63,409 bases of DNA, filler included, from Salisapilia sapeloensis CBS 127946 (GCA_023334545.1; 11 parts of 11 records of this genome joined end to end with filler, not necessarily neighbours in it); one strand, 5' to 3'; counted from the whole stretch's first letter, positions 11,782 through 21,845 are shown. Notes: generated by a model from the sequence alone, not told the origin. Translations and numbers: made by a program.

Positions 11782-12031
11782 TGTCACTGGGTAGTCCGTG
11801 GCACACGCAGGGGAAGTAGGTAGAATAGGGTAGAATCGAAAGTGAACTTGTTTGGAAAGTTATAAAAGAAAGAGAAAAGAAAAGAGGGATTCTCCTGACC
11901 GCACGTCAGGAGAATCCTGTGCTTGACTAAAACTACCCCTAATTTTAGCCAATGAATTCAAAGCAAGATAACGTAATCAAATGATGCAGAATTAGTCCCA
12001 ACTGGACTAATCATGTAGTGACCCCACTACA
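11782..12031. mobile_element. Nested solo LTR of a second family, inserted between protease and RT
   Basis: TGTCAC...ACTACA, 250 bp, flanked by the 5-bp TSD AGCAC (11777-11781 and 12032-12036); interrupts pol just after MPWLLRHQPNINW. Confidence 0.88.
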
Positions 12032-12035
12032 AGCA

Positions 12036-12635
12036 CACTTGATCCACATTCAACCTCTTCTTCTTCTGGATGGACTTTGTAAGCCAATTGATGTTAGGCT
12101 GATGCCGCAATAACCATGGCATCCTAAGGATAACATTAAACTTCTCGTCAAGTTCAACGACGAGGAAGTCATCTCTCCCATCAAAGTCATCAAACTAATA
12201 CTTCAGGCTGACTTCTCGCCGCGGAGACTTCCGCGGCTTCCCGTCCGCCATTCGGACGATGACCTCAGTCGGTCCTTCCTTCACAACATTTCCTGGGGGC
12301 AAGAACTGGAGACTCTGAGAACGAACGAAATTGTTCGTCGCACCAGAATCGATTAGCGCGCGGAGGCTCCGCGCGCCGCCCGCAACGTGTAGATCGATGA
12401 TAATTAGTCGATCGTCTCCACGAGCAGTAGTGGCTTGCAATCGCACCTCATGTGGTTGTGGACCAGGAGAGCGAGGTACCACATTCCTCGAATCTCTTCG
12501 CTGACCAGTAGTAGGCCCGGCACCTACTGGTCGTCCCCATTTGGGTTCGACGCAGTTTCGTCTCCATCCTTCACATTGATGGAGACGGGTGCGGGAGCGC
12601 GACACTCCTTGGTGTAGTGGCCTGGCTTCTGGCAT
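12036..12635 (-). pseudogene. Gypsy aspartic protease (in -1 frame relative to gag)
   Basis: LRALIDSGATNNFVR, then after a stop DFLVVELDEKFNVILRMPWL. Confidence 0.9.
12503..12545 (-). promoter_or_regulatory. Candidate -1 programmed ribosomal frameshift signal (gag to pol)
   Basis: C CCA AAT heptamer in gag phase (12545-12539), 6-nt spacer, 9-bp stem GACCAGTAG/CTACTGGTC containing the gag stop; the protease ORF is in the -1 frame. Confidence 0.75.
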
Positions 12636-13546
12636 CGATGATGAGTGACCGATTTTTTGCGCTGGGAGTTCCCAACGCGTTGCTGCGGGCGTTGTTTCGT
12701 AGCCATCGCGTCAATCTGCATCGGTTCAGGACCGCTGCCAGCCGACTGTGGACTAAACCAATTTGGAATTTGGCCACCATACGCTTGGCGCTGTGTATAC
12801 TCCTCACGCAGCCCCAGCTTAATCGCGTCTTCGAGCGTCGGAGGGTGCTGCCGGAAACATCCCACCTTGACCGGACCATCCTTCAAACCCTGGAGGAAGA
12901 CGACGACCTGAGTCGTCTCATCCAATGGAGCAGTGCGCAAGCATGATACCATGTAACGAGCTTTCTGGCAGAAGTCGTTCAGGTTCATCTTGCCTTGCTT
13001 GATCTTCAGGTAGTCAGAACGAATTCTCATTTCGTTCTCCGGGGGATCAAAGGTGGCTTCTAGCTCCACCTTTAAGTCATGCGGAGTCGGGAAACAATCC
13101 GGCTCGGAGAGACGACATCCAAAGGCCCACTTTTTCGCCTGGCCTTTCAGACGCGACATCACGAACATGACCTGCATCGCAGGCTCAGTGATCTGACGCG
13201 CGTCGATCGCCATCTTAACCTCTACGAACCAACGCTGGAGAGGCATACCCCATTCACCTCCATAAGGGGAGACCTCCAGCTTGATCGAGGTGCTTTTCGC
13301 AGCCGTCACCGACGGCTGCACCGTCGCGACAGTAGCTTCGTCGTCAAGCCATTTAAGAGCAGCCGTGTGGTGATCCGCTTCAAACCCATTCTGAAGAATC
13401 AGACCGACTGCCTCTTCTCCTGTGCGCTCGGCCTTCCTGCCGAGCGCGTTCCACTCGATATCGCTCAGATGGGCATACCTCGCCCGATCTATCGCAACGC
13501 CCCTATGCGTCGCACCCGCAGCCGCCGTTGCTGCTGGATCCGCCAT
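12524..13546 (-). CDS. Gypsy Gag (340 aa, still open)
   Basis: IKLEVSPYGG, LQRWFVEV, FVMSRLKGQAKKWA (retrotransposon Gag); GPEPMQID; degenerate zinc knuckle HHRCQKPGHYTKEC. Confidence 0.9.
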   Translation of the reverse strand: MADPAATAAAGATHRGVAIDRARYAHLSDIEWNALGRKAERTGEEAVGLILQNGFEADHHTAALKWLDDEATVATVQPSVTAAKSTSIKLEVSPYGGEWGMPLQRWFVEVKMAIDARQITEPAMQVMFVMSRLKGQAKKWAFGCRLSEPDCFPTPHDLKVELEATFDPPENEMRIRSDYLKIKQGKMNLNDFCQKARYMVSCLRTAPLDETTQVVVFLQGLKDGPVKVGCFRQHPPTLEDAIKLGLREEYTQRQAYGGQIPNWFSPQSAGSGPEPMQIDAMATKQRPQQRVGNSQRKKSVTHHRCQKPGHYTKECRAPAPVSINVKDGDETASNPNGDDQ

Positions 13547-13568
13547 GGTCGGTAAAAGAACTACTAAG

Positions 13569-13576
13569 TGCTACCA
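13569..13576 (-). promoter_or_regulatory. Primer-binding site
   Basis: TGGTAGCA lies 2 nt after the 5' LTR and is complementary to a tRNA 3' end ...UGCUACCA (initiator-Met-like; inference). Confidence 0.7.
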
Positions 13577-13578
13577 GG

Positions 13579-13820
13579 TGTCACGGGAGTCTTGTTTCCC
13601 GTGCTGTGCTTACACGTGTAGTAGGGGAAGCTTGATAAAACTAGAAGTGATTTTATTTGGTCCTTTAGATCCTCCCTACTTACACATCCTTTCTGACTAC
13701 AAATACTACATGTATCTTATATCAGACAAGGTAGTAGGTCATCTAAACATGCACCAAACCAAAAAGACAGTAACAAAAGATAGCAACCTAGCCTAAAGTA
13801 ACAGTTATCTACCCGTTACA
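13579..13820 (-). repeat. 5' LTR of the Gypsy element (242 bp)
   Basis: TGTCACGGG...CCCGTTACA, homologous to 5503-5746. Confidence 0.93.
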
Positions 13821-14411
13821 CAATTCAAGACATTTGATTTCAGTATGCATTTGCAGCTAGACGACCTGAGTCAACCATCAGGGTAGGACAGGATAGGACA
13901 TATTCTAGCTTTCTAACATTTTTAATTCAGTTGCAAGTTTGCTTTCTACTACTCAAGTGCCTTCCTCCTCTCCGCCGAGCTTCGGATACCTTTTAGGATC
14001 CGTTTGGATATCTATATCTTTCCTTCCTCTGGAGATAGAGAAGAACCGTGTCCTATTTCAGTCGATCTTCACTCGAACACCCCACTGGAAATAACGGAGC
14101 TTTCCGATGATGTTGGTGACTTCAAATATAAGCCGGGAACAAGCATGAAGTCCCTGATTGCGTGCTGCACGACTCCGCGCGGGCTCTTGCTGGTCGATGG
14201 CGCTCCGAATCAGAGTCTAACAGCTCTATCAAATTAGACGATCCTCGTTCGAAGCTTTCATCTCTGAGTGATAAAGTCCGATCAGAGCTGTTGTTATTTG
14301 CCGATAGTGCTCTCACAAAGCTATAATATCTGTTCGATGCAGAAGCTGTATTGTCTCGAGATTACGTTGCTGAGGTTACTTGTGATGTCTGACGCAGTAC
14401 AGCACTACTTG

Positions 14412-14637
14412 TGTAACGGGCACCCGTCCCGTTACTTTGTTTAATTTTGGTTCTTAGTTGGTACTTGATTAAATGACCTACCTATTCTTCCATAACATAT
14501 GGGAGGTACATTTAGGATAAGGATGTGCAAAGTGGGGCAGGGTCTAATGGTATCAAATATAGTTTACTTTTAGTTTATCAAGCTACCCCTGTCTCATGTG
14601 TAAGTAAAGACTCACGGGCAAGAGGAATCCAGTGACA
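14412..14637 (+). mobile_element. Solo LTR of the same family with intact TSD
   Basis: TGTAACGGG...GTGACA flanked by ACTTG on both sides (14407-14411, 14638-14642). Confidence 0.92.
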
Positions 14638-15640
14638 ACTTGAGGCATGATTACCATCACCTAAATTCAAAAGATTATCAGCTCCTTGATTTGCACGTTC
14701 AGATTGGCTATCGTTCTAAATAGTTGGCATAAGGAAGCATGGTGAGCCGTAGCGCAGCCATCGTTAAGGCATGACGGCGAGATCTTGCTAGTAGAAAGAC
14801 TTTCTAGATTTCCAATCCTTTCCACGTTTCGATACATGTTAAAGATCGCGGTTCCAAACTACATTTATAGAAATTTCGCTCACGATATAAAAACTTCTTT
14901 ATATTAAAAAAAACTCCATTCATTGAAGTTGAATTCTCTCCGACTTTTACAACAACTAGTGAAGCTCCAAAAGGAGCGAACTGCCTTCGCCTGTTTTATC
15001 ACTTCACCTAAAAACGGGCCAAGTCCACTTCTCAAAAACTTCGTAACAGGTGTGCAATATGCGTACTGACGGCTTACTTGAGTTAATATGGACTCGTTGT
15101 TCAGAGACCTGGTTATAGCGATATTGCTTGAAATTGCGCTGTGCCAAAGGTATATTGCATTGATAAATATAAGTATCATATATAATTATCCTGCGCACGA
15201 ACAACTTTTCAGAGTACTAACAAACTTCTATTCGAAATATACCTATTTATATGTCACTCATGCTTGTTATTGCATTGCATACTTGTCATTGCATTTGGGG
15301 TCTATTCCATTTTGGAACAATCTCGGTAAATTGCGAGATGACACATTAATTTCGGAATATATTAGTCTTTCGGTCAAATCATATGTCAATTCAAACTTCC
15401 TTGCCTTTTTCCGTGAACAAAATACTTATCGGAAATAGCACTTGTATTTGCTGAGTCTGGCGGGTTTTCCGCAGGAATTCATATTTTCCGCAGGTAATTT
15501 AATCCAAGGAAGGTAAAAAGCAATTTTATTGTAGAGGTGTTAAGAAACTTCTTCATTGAGTTTTGAATGCAAGGAGTACTTTGCTTTCGCTCATTCATTC
15601 GCGAAGCGCAAATTGTTTGTTTAGTTGCCGATGGTGGCTT

Positions 15641-15888
15641 TCATTTTTCTTTATTGTCGTAGTAATTGCTCTGATAAGACTTAGTCGAATTGCGGTGCTG
15701 GGTGACATCAGATGAATCACGCGTGCTTGTAGCTCCAACTATCCTTGACGAATACGCTTGTGCCTTGAGTTTCATAAATTTTGGTACCAACATGAGCGCC
15801 ATTACGATTCCAGTGCACAAAAAGATAGAGGCGGACAAGAACAAGAAAAAGGCGGTCGCTGGCATTTTTACCAAGTAGGCTAATGGCA
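15641..15888 (-). CDS. 3' end of a membrane protein, class C (GABA-B-like) GPCR last helices plus cytoplasmic tail; truncated by the contig end
   Basis: PLAYLVKMPATAFFLFLSASIFLCTGIVMALMLVPKF then a Ser-rich tail; hydrophobic helix ending in VPK, as in TM7 of class C 7TM receptors. Confidence 0.5.
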
Positions 15889-15988
15889 NNNNNNNNNNNN
15901 NNNNNNNNNNNNNNNNNNNNNNNNNNNNNNNNTTAATTAATTAANNNNNNNNNNNNNNNNNNNNNNNNNNNNNNNNNNNNNNNNNNNN
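15889..15988. other. Artificial contig spacer (first of ten)
   Basis: 44 N + TTAATTAATTAA (stops in all six frames) + 44 N. Others at 21846-21945, 44417-44516, 46609-46708, 48222-48321, 49575-49674, 51425-51524, 55037-55136, 59014-59113, 60416-60515. Confidence 0.99.
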
Positions 15989-16128
15989 AGACCGGTCTCA
16001 CCAAGCTGGCCATCGAGAACCTGTCCAACATGAACCCCGACTCGCTCTACAGCGCCTACCACTACAGCCACCCACCGCTCGTCGAGAGACTCCGCGCCAT
16101 CTCGGAGGAGGCCAAGAAGACGGAATAG
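15989..16128 (+). CDS. STE24: 3' end of CAAX prenyl protease 1 (STE24/ZMPSTE24, peptidase M48), copy 1
   Basis: TGLTKLAIENLSNMNPDSLYSAYHYSHPPLVERLRAISEEAKKTE* contains the HYSHPP..ERL motif. Confidence 0.85.
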
Positions 16129-16270
16129 AGTGATGTTACTAGTAGAATGCAAAGCTTCGTTTGGAAAGTGATCAGCGCTTATCTTTATTCTTTACGTGTC
16201 ATCTTGCCAACTTTCCTCTCAAAATTAAAATCAACTGGGTAAACCTTAGTGCATTTACTTCTCCAGAACG

Positions 16271-18601
16271 TTAATGGGCAAATGTGGCGACGACCACGTA
16301 CCGCATGCGGACTTGTTCGGGGCGGAAGACGACATACTCCGTATGGTGGAGTGTCGTGCTCAAATCGTCCTGCCTCTGGAGAGGCCCGATTGGCCACGTG
16401 ACGCCGTTGGTGTCCAATACATGCCTTGTGGGGTCCACGCGGTGGATGCCGACGCCTTGCAGACTCTGATAGCGGTTCTTGACTGGCTGACCAGTGCACG
16501 AGACTTGGACACTAAGGCATGCCTTGTCATCTGGACCGTAGACCTTCTTGGTGTCGCCAAGCGCAACTTCACTCAGCAAGAGGATGCACTTGTCGTCGTC
16601 TCCTGGACCGAGGCAGTACGAAAGAGACTTGGCAACAATATCTGTAAAGTAAATTCCGCGGCCAAAGGTGGAACCGTTAGCTGTGACTCCAGGAGGAGCA
16701 ACTTGCAGTCCCTTCGACAAGATGCCAGGCCAATTGTTATGCCGACTACCATGCCACAACATCTACGATCCAACACGTTAGAAGAAGGGAAGTCTATCGT
16801 TTATAAGAGCAGTATACGTACTGTGATATTCCCAAGTGAAGCAAAGTTCTGGAATCTGTAACTATCGATGCTTTCCATGACCTCGAAGACGTGGTCGATC
16901 TGCAGGTAAGAGGACTGGCATGAGCAACAGCTAGCGTTACTCATGTACTGCTGGACGAGATCCATGGCTGTCTCTTGAGCGCATAGAGGACGCAGCTTGC
17001 ACCCGAGCATCGCATAAGACTCGTCCAAATAGTTTCGTGTGATGCAAGAGCGAACATCGACACTATCCAGCAGTTTTTGGTGTCCATGGCCGAAGGATGC
17101 TCTGCCCCCCAGCATGGAGGTCATCTTCGTCAGTCGAGTAACTTGGACACCGATCTTGAGCATGGAATCGATAATGACGGAGGACGGTTTGCGCTCCGGA
17201 GCGAGGCAAAAGAACTTGTTACTCAAAGCCATCACTCTCGACGTTGTAGCGTTCACACTTACTGCAGTGTACAACTGGTTTAGAGTAGCGTAGGCCTAGT
17301 AAGTGTCCCACTGAGCTACGAAACAGTACATAGTCATATATGGAAAGCTACCTTGAGCATCGTGCTGCGAGCAGGAAGGCCGACTGGAAACGTACGCTCT
17401 TGGTAAGAAGTGACGAGGTCACCAAAGTCATCTTCCGTGTTGATGACGCTGCACCTAGCCTTTTCGATAAGCAAATTGTCTGTATTCGCCAATTCGTCAT
17501 CAGGTGTGACACCGTCTGCCATGATGATCGAGAGGAAGTGTACTATTTCATCCGACAGGTAGCTAGGTGGGCCTCCAAAGCCGATATGAGCAGCTACTCG
17601 AAGCTCCTGCACGATGAGTTCCGAATACGTCATGCTGGTCAGATAGCTTGGATGGGTACGCCTCGGTCGGGGAGCACGTTGCACCTGCGTCTTCTTCTTT
17701 AAGCTCGAACGCCTGACCTTGCACACGGAGTTTACAGCCGAAGTCCTTGTTGTTGACACACTTTGCGCACGCTTCTTGGAGCCCGCTCGAGTAGTAGATC
17801 GACTACGTAGGGACGCAAGCAGCTCTTCGGAGAATGGACTGCCGTTCATGCCGTAGTCTCGCTCGACATACGTGTACGACCTGCGTAGTAGAGATGCTTA
17901 GATTAAATTTGGACGGGAATATCTGATAAAGGAACCTTTGGTGTGCTGGCAGATTCGGCAGCACAGTCTGATCACGCGAAATCCAAACCACATCCGTAAG
18001 CGAGAAGAATACGTTCTGGAAGTCATTCACGGCTGCGTATCTGGATCCGTAGCATCTCGGCGTGTAGGTTCTACCAGTGTAGCCGATTCGACCTTCACGT
18101 CTGCATACATAGTAGGATCCTTGGTACTCTACTACCTGTATGATGATGAACTTGCTGTCGTCGGATACATTTACCTGTGCATAAACATGAGTACAACTCT
18201 TCGCGATACGTTCATGACGGTACAGGATTTACCTTCATGAGCAAGGCGTCACAAGGAGAGCTGTCGTCGTCCAGTACGACTCTCGCAGATTTTGTAAAGT
18301 TCACCAAGTATGGATCTGCTTGGATGACCAAAGGCTTGTATTGCTCTTTGCGCGTCTTGGATCGAGTCTTTGGCGGAGAAGCTCGAACCTGGTCCTGGTC
18401 ACTGTCGCCTTCGGAGATGTTAAACAAGTCGATCGTCCGTGTAGCACTCTTTTCTGCACTGGTCGTTCGCTTGAGGGTTGGCGACATGTTCTTCTTCGTC
18501 CTCTTGGCAGGCGACGGCGTCGTCGGCGGAGGAACCTTTACAGCACATTGAGCGGCCATGGTCTGAGTCGACGGTGGCTGTGAACGCCGCTTTCTCGTCA
18601 T
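16271..18601 (-). CDS. Poly(ADP-ribose) polymerase, PARP2/3-like (WGR-like, regulatory and catalytic domains), 5 exons
   Basis: Catalytic H-Y-E triad (LWHGSR, GRGIYF, HHTEYVVF). Upstream exons give SKFIIIQVVE...RREGRIG...YTYVERDY (WGR-like). GT-AG introns at about 18171-18228, 17881-17933, around 17300-17350 and 16763-16820. Confidence 0.88.
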
Positions 18602-18764
18602 CGTATGACGTCGGTTCTAGTCGAGACTCGAGGTGGGGTGGCGAGGGATGTGAGAGAAAAGTGGAACTTGTTACGATGGCAGCTAGCACAATGGCTTAAC
18701 AACTCGCTAAAGCATGTGATTGCACGAGTCAAACTAACAAAAGAAATGTATCTTTTTATTCTAT

Positions 18765-21419
18765 CTAGGCACTATCGACGCGGCCTTCACCACCGTACTT
18801 GTGGGCGAGAGCCACCATGGACCCGAAGAGAGACCCGGCAGTGATGTCGCAGTCGGCGATCGGACCGGTGACCACCACTGGGTGCTGGGCGTGACGCTCC
18901 GTGAAGAAGGCAAAACCACACTGAGCTGGCTGTAACGATGCGAACGAGTGTCCCTTCTGGATAGGTCTCAGCTCCACCTTGACCTTTCCGTTCGTCACGT
19001 CCAGACTAGTGAGCAAATGGACCGTAGTGTCCGCTTCTACTGCTTTTTGCAACTGGTCCAGCAACTTTTGTGCGTTCTGTCGGATCAAGCTCTTCACCTC
19101 TTCCTGGCTACGGCTAAAGTGTCCGCTTTGTTCCTCCTTGTACACACTTTCATCCCACCCGATGCTCATCTGAACGTCTTCCAGTCGCGTCGGGAGTCCC
19201 AGTTCACACGCCAAAAGAACAGCGTTTTTAGCACAGTGGAGACCCGTAATGTCTTCCCACACCTCCTCCAGACTCTCACCCTTATCCACTTGCTCTTCCA
19301 ACAGCTTTTGCAACTGTTCAGCTGTCGTGTTACGTGCGTCCAAGCTCTTCAGCACGGACTCTAGAGCTGGACTACCGACATACTCAATACGCTCGACAGT
19401 GTCGCCCGTCTCGACGAAACTCTGGAGTGTACGGAAGACAGGCACACCAATGGCCAGGCACGCTTCGACATCAAACATACATTCGCTCTTCCGAAGCATC
19501 GCGTGAGTGTTCTTAGCAGATGTGGACGCCAGGTTCACGTTGGAAGTGATGACATCAGCACCACGCCTCACCCAGGACGAATAGAACTCCGTGACATGGT
19601 TGGCGCATCGAGAGACGTCGACTAGAAGCCAGTGGGGTAGGTGGTCGGCACACACGTGGTCCTCAAAAGCCTTCGGGTCGAATGTCTTCACATTGTCCAG
19701 CTTCTTACTCATCGGCTCTCCTTTCTCGAATGCGTCCAGAAGCTTTTCGAACTGTTCAGCGTTCATGCCACCATTGTCGTCCAGCAGCATCTCGTTCGAC
19801 GAGTGGGTGCCAACAGCACGTAGCTGCAAGTCGACATTGTATTTTTTCTTGAGCTGCTGTCGCTGGTGGGCGAACTGAGTAAGCAGAGCTTTACCCACCG
19901 TACGTCCTTGTCTGTCCAGATCCAATCCGATGATACCCATCGAGATGGCATGGTCCGAAAGAGAGAAGGCTGCGTGCACTGCTCGTAATGCTGCAGCAGA
20001 GTCCTTGTAGCGAACGACAGCTGAGATATTGCGCTCGGAGGAACCTTGGGAAATCGCCAAGATGTTCATCTTCGCTCGGCCCAAAGCTCCGAAGAATCGG
20101 GAGCAGACACCAGGCGTGTGGTTCATATGGTCTCCGACTGCAGCGATGATGCTCACTGGAGCAATGTACTGCGCTTCATCCACAAGACCGTGGTGGATCT
20201 CCTTGAAGAAGGTTTCATTTACGACCGCTCGAGCGTCTTCTGCTCTCGCCATGGGCACAGCAAAACAAATCGAGTGCTCCGAACTGGCCTGGGCGATCAA
20301 CACGACGTTCACTTTGACGCGGTCGAGCGCACCAAAGAGTCTGGAGGATGTCCCGTGGACGCCGATGATGCCGCTCCCTTCGAGATTAAAGAGAGCCAAA
20401 TTGTCGACAGTGGAGAAGCCACTGACAACGTTCCGAGCGGTCGGAGCTCCGTACGACGCCTTGCGTTCCATTAAGACTCGCTTGCTCGAATGGATCTTGG
20501 TGCCTGGGTGGGAAGGCTCGAACGTGTTTCGGATGAAGATCGGGATGTTCTGCATCACAGCAGGAGTCATTGTCTTTGGGTGGATGACCTTGGCACCAAA
20601 GTAGGCAAGCTCCATCGCCTCTTCGTACGAGATTTCAGGCAAGATACGCGACTCGGGCACTCGACGAGGATCGGCACTTAGCACACCACTCACGTCTGTC
20701 CAGATCGTGATGCTGTTCGCGTTCAACACACGACCACAGATAGCTGCCGTAAAGTCACTTCCGTCTCGCTGGAGCGTCGTCATGACTCCGTCGGCGGTGC
20801 TGCAGATAAATCCAGTGATGACCACGTGCGTCTTTTCTTGCTCATTCGCTTTCAATATAGCATTTATTTTTTCTTTTGTCAGCTCGTACTGGACGACAGG
20901 GCCATGGTCTTCATCTGGTTCGACGATTAGAAAATCTCTTGCGTCGATAAAGTGGAAAGTATGCTCTGTGCGTTCAGTCAAGATGGCAGCGAGGATCCTA
21001 GCCGACCATAGCTCTCCGTGTCCAGACACGAACTCCACGATGCCTGGCGTGAAGACACTCATGATAGAGATGGCACGCAGGAGCTCACGCAAGCGTTTTA
21101 AGTCGTTCTCGATAGAAGCTTCGATGGCCTTGCCGACGCTTTCAGGAAGCAGTTCTTGGATCACATCCTTGTGCTTTTTACGGACGATGTCCAGTACTTC
21201 ATCACACTCGGCCTCACTTCCTTTCTTGGCCAAGTCGAGTAGCTTGATGAGCAAGTCGGTCACCTTCGGCTTGCCTCCGATGGCGGACACGACGACCGCC
21301 AGTCGGTCTGCTTCCACTCCAGACACGATGTCACTCACTTGAGCAAAGCATGATGCGCTGCCGACGGAAGTGCCGCCGAATTTGTGGACGACGAAGGCGT
21401 CAGAAGAGGTGTCGGTCAT
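18765..21419 (-). CDS. Aspartokinase with ACT domains fused to a homoserine dehydrogenase-like domain (ThrA/MetL architecture), intronless
   Basis: VVHKFGGTSVG, AVVVSA, GHGELWS, TLQRDGSDFTA, IWTDVSGVLSADPRRV, ELAYFGAKVIHP, two ACT repeats; C-terminal HSDH fold with altered motifs. Confidence 0.92.
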   Translation of the reverse strand: MTDTSSDAFVVHKFGGTSVGSASCFAQVSDIVSGVEADRLAVVVSAIGGKPKVTDLLIKLLDLAKKGSEAECDEVLDIVRKKHKDVIQELLPESVGKAIEASIENDLKRLRELLRAISIMSVFTPGIVEFVSGHGELWSARILAAILTERTEHTFHFIDARDFLIVEPDEDHGPVVQYELTKEKINAILKANEQEKTHVVITGFICSTADGVMTTLQRDGSDFTAAICGRVLNANSITIWTDVSGVLSADPRRVPESRILPEISYEEAMELAYFGAKVIHPKTMTPAVMQNIPIFIRNTFEPSHPGTKIHSSKRVLMERKASYGAPTARNVVSGFSTVDNLALFNLEGSGIIGVHGTSSRLFGALDRVKVNVVLIAQASSEHSICFAVPMARAEDARAVVNETFFKEIHHGLVDEAQYIAPVSIIAAVGDHMNHTPGVCSRFFGALGRAKMNILAISQGSSERNISAVVRYKDSAAALRAVHAAFSLSDHAISMGIIGLDLDRQGRTVGKALLTQFAHQRQQLKKKYNVDLQLRAVGTHSSNEMLLDDNGGMNAEQFEKLLDAFEKGEPMSKKLDNVKTFDPKAFEDHVCADHLPHWLLVDVSRCANHVTEFYSSWVRRGADVITSNVNLASTSAKNTHAMLRKSECMFDVEACLAIGVPVFRTLQSFVETGDTVERIEYVGSPALESVLKSLDARNTTAEQLQKLLEEQVDKGESLEEVWEDITGLHCAKNAVLLACELGLPTRLEDVQMSIGWDESVYKEEQSGHFSRSQEEVKSLIRQNAQKLLDQLQKAVEADTTVHLLTSLDVTNGKVKVELRPIQKGHSFASLQPAQCGFAFFTERHAQHPVVVTGPIADCDITAGSLFGSMVALAHKYGGEGRVDSA

Positions 21420-21705
21420 AACGGCGCTAGTTCAGATCTGACGGTCGTGCCTCCAGCCACGCCAGCGTCGTCATTTCTGCCGACAAACTCAGATTCATTT
21501 AGATATACTATTAACCGAGTGCATTCCACCGAGACAACGCATTTGCGCAAAACCCGCCAGATGTCTGCATGAAAAAGTTCGTGGCTGGATCGATGGCTAA
21601 GTTCGACTCCAAGCACCGAAACGCATGCGCTTGTACCATCTCGAGTCATTGCTTCAGAAGACAGCTCTAAACCAATAGCATTGCATGTGATTTTAAAGTC
21701 TTTAT

Positions 21706-21845
21706 CTATTCCGTCTTCTTGGCCTCCTCCGAGATGGCGCGGAGTCTCTCGACGAGCGGTGGGTGGCTGTAGTGGTAGGCGCTGTAGAGCGAGTCGGGGT
21801 TCATGTTGGACAGGTTCTCGATGGCCAGCTTGGTGAGACCGGTCT
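21706..21845 (-). CDS. STE24: 3' end of STE24, copy 2 (inverted, identical to copy 1)
   Basis: 21705-21845 is the exact reverse complement of 15989-16129. Confidence 0.85.

Larger units (their letters stand above)
5503..13820 (-). mobile_element. Full-length but decayed Ty3/Gypsy LTR retrotransposon with chromodomain integrase
   Basis: Two related LTRs (5503-5746, 13579-13820), PBS, PPT and gag-PR-RT-RH-IN-chromodomain order on the minus strand. Several stops and frameshifts; no matching 5-bp TSD (AAGGT vs CAATT). Confidence 0.95.

Noticed and set aside
15465-15496. Two TTTTCCGCAGG direct repeats
   Set aside because: Could be a transposon subterminal motif, but no partner end or TSD was found.
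18948-21342. Many plus-strand ORFs opposite the aspartokinase gene, and similar ones opposite Gypsy RT and gag
   Set aside because: Short, in different frames, no motifs; expected shadows of strong coding sequence.
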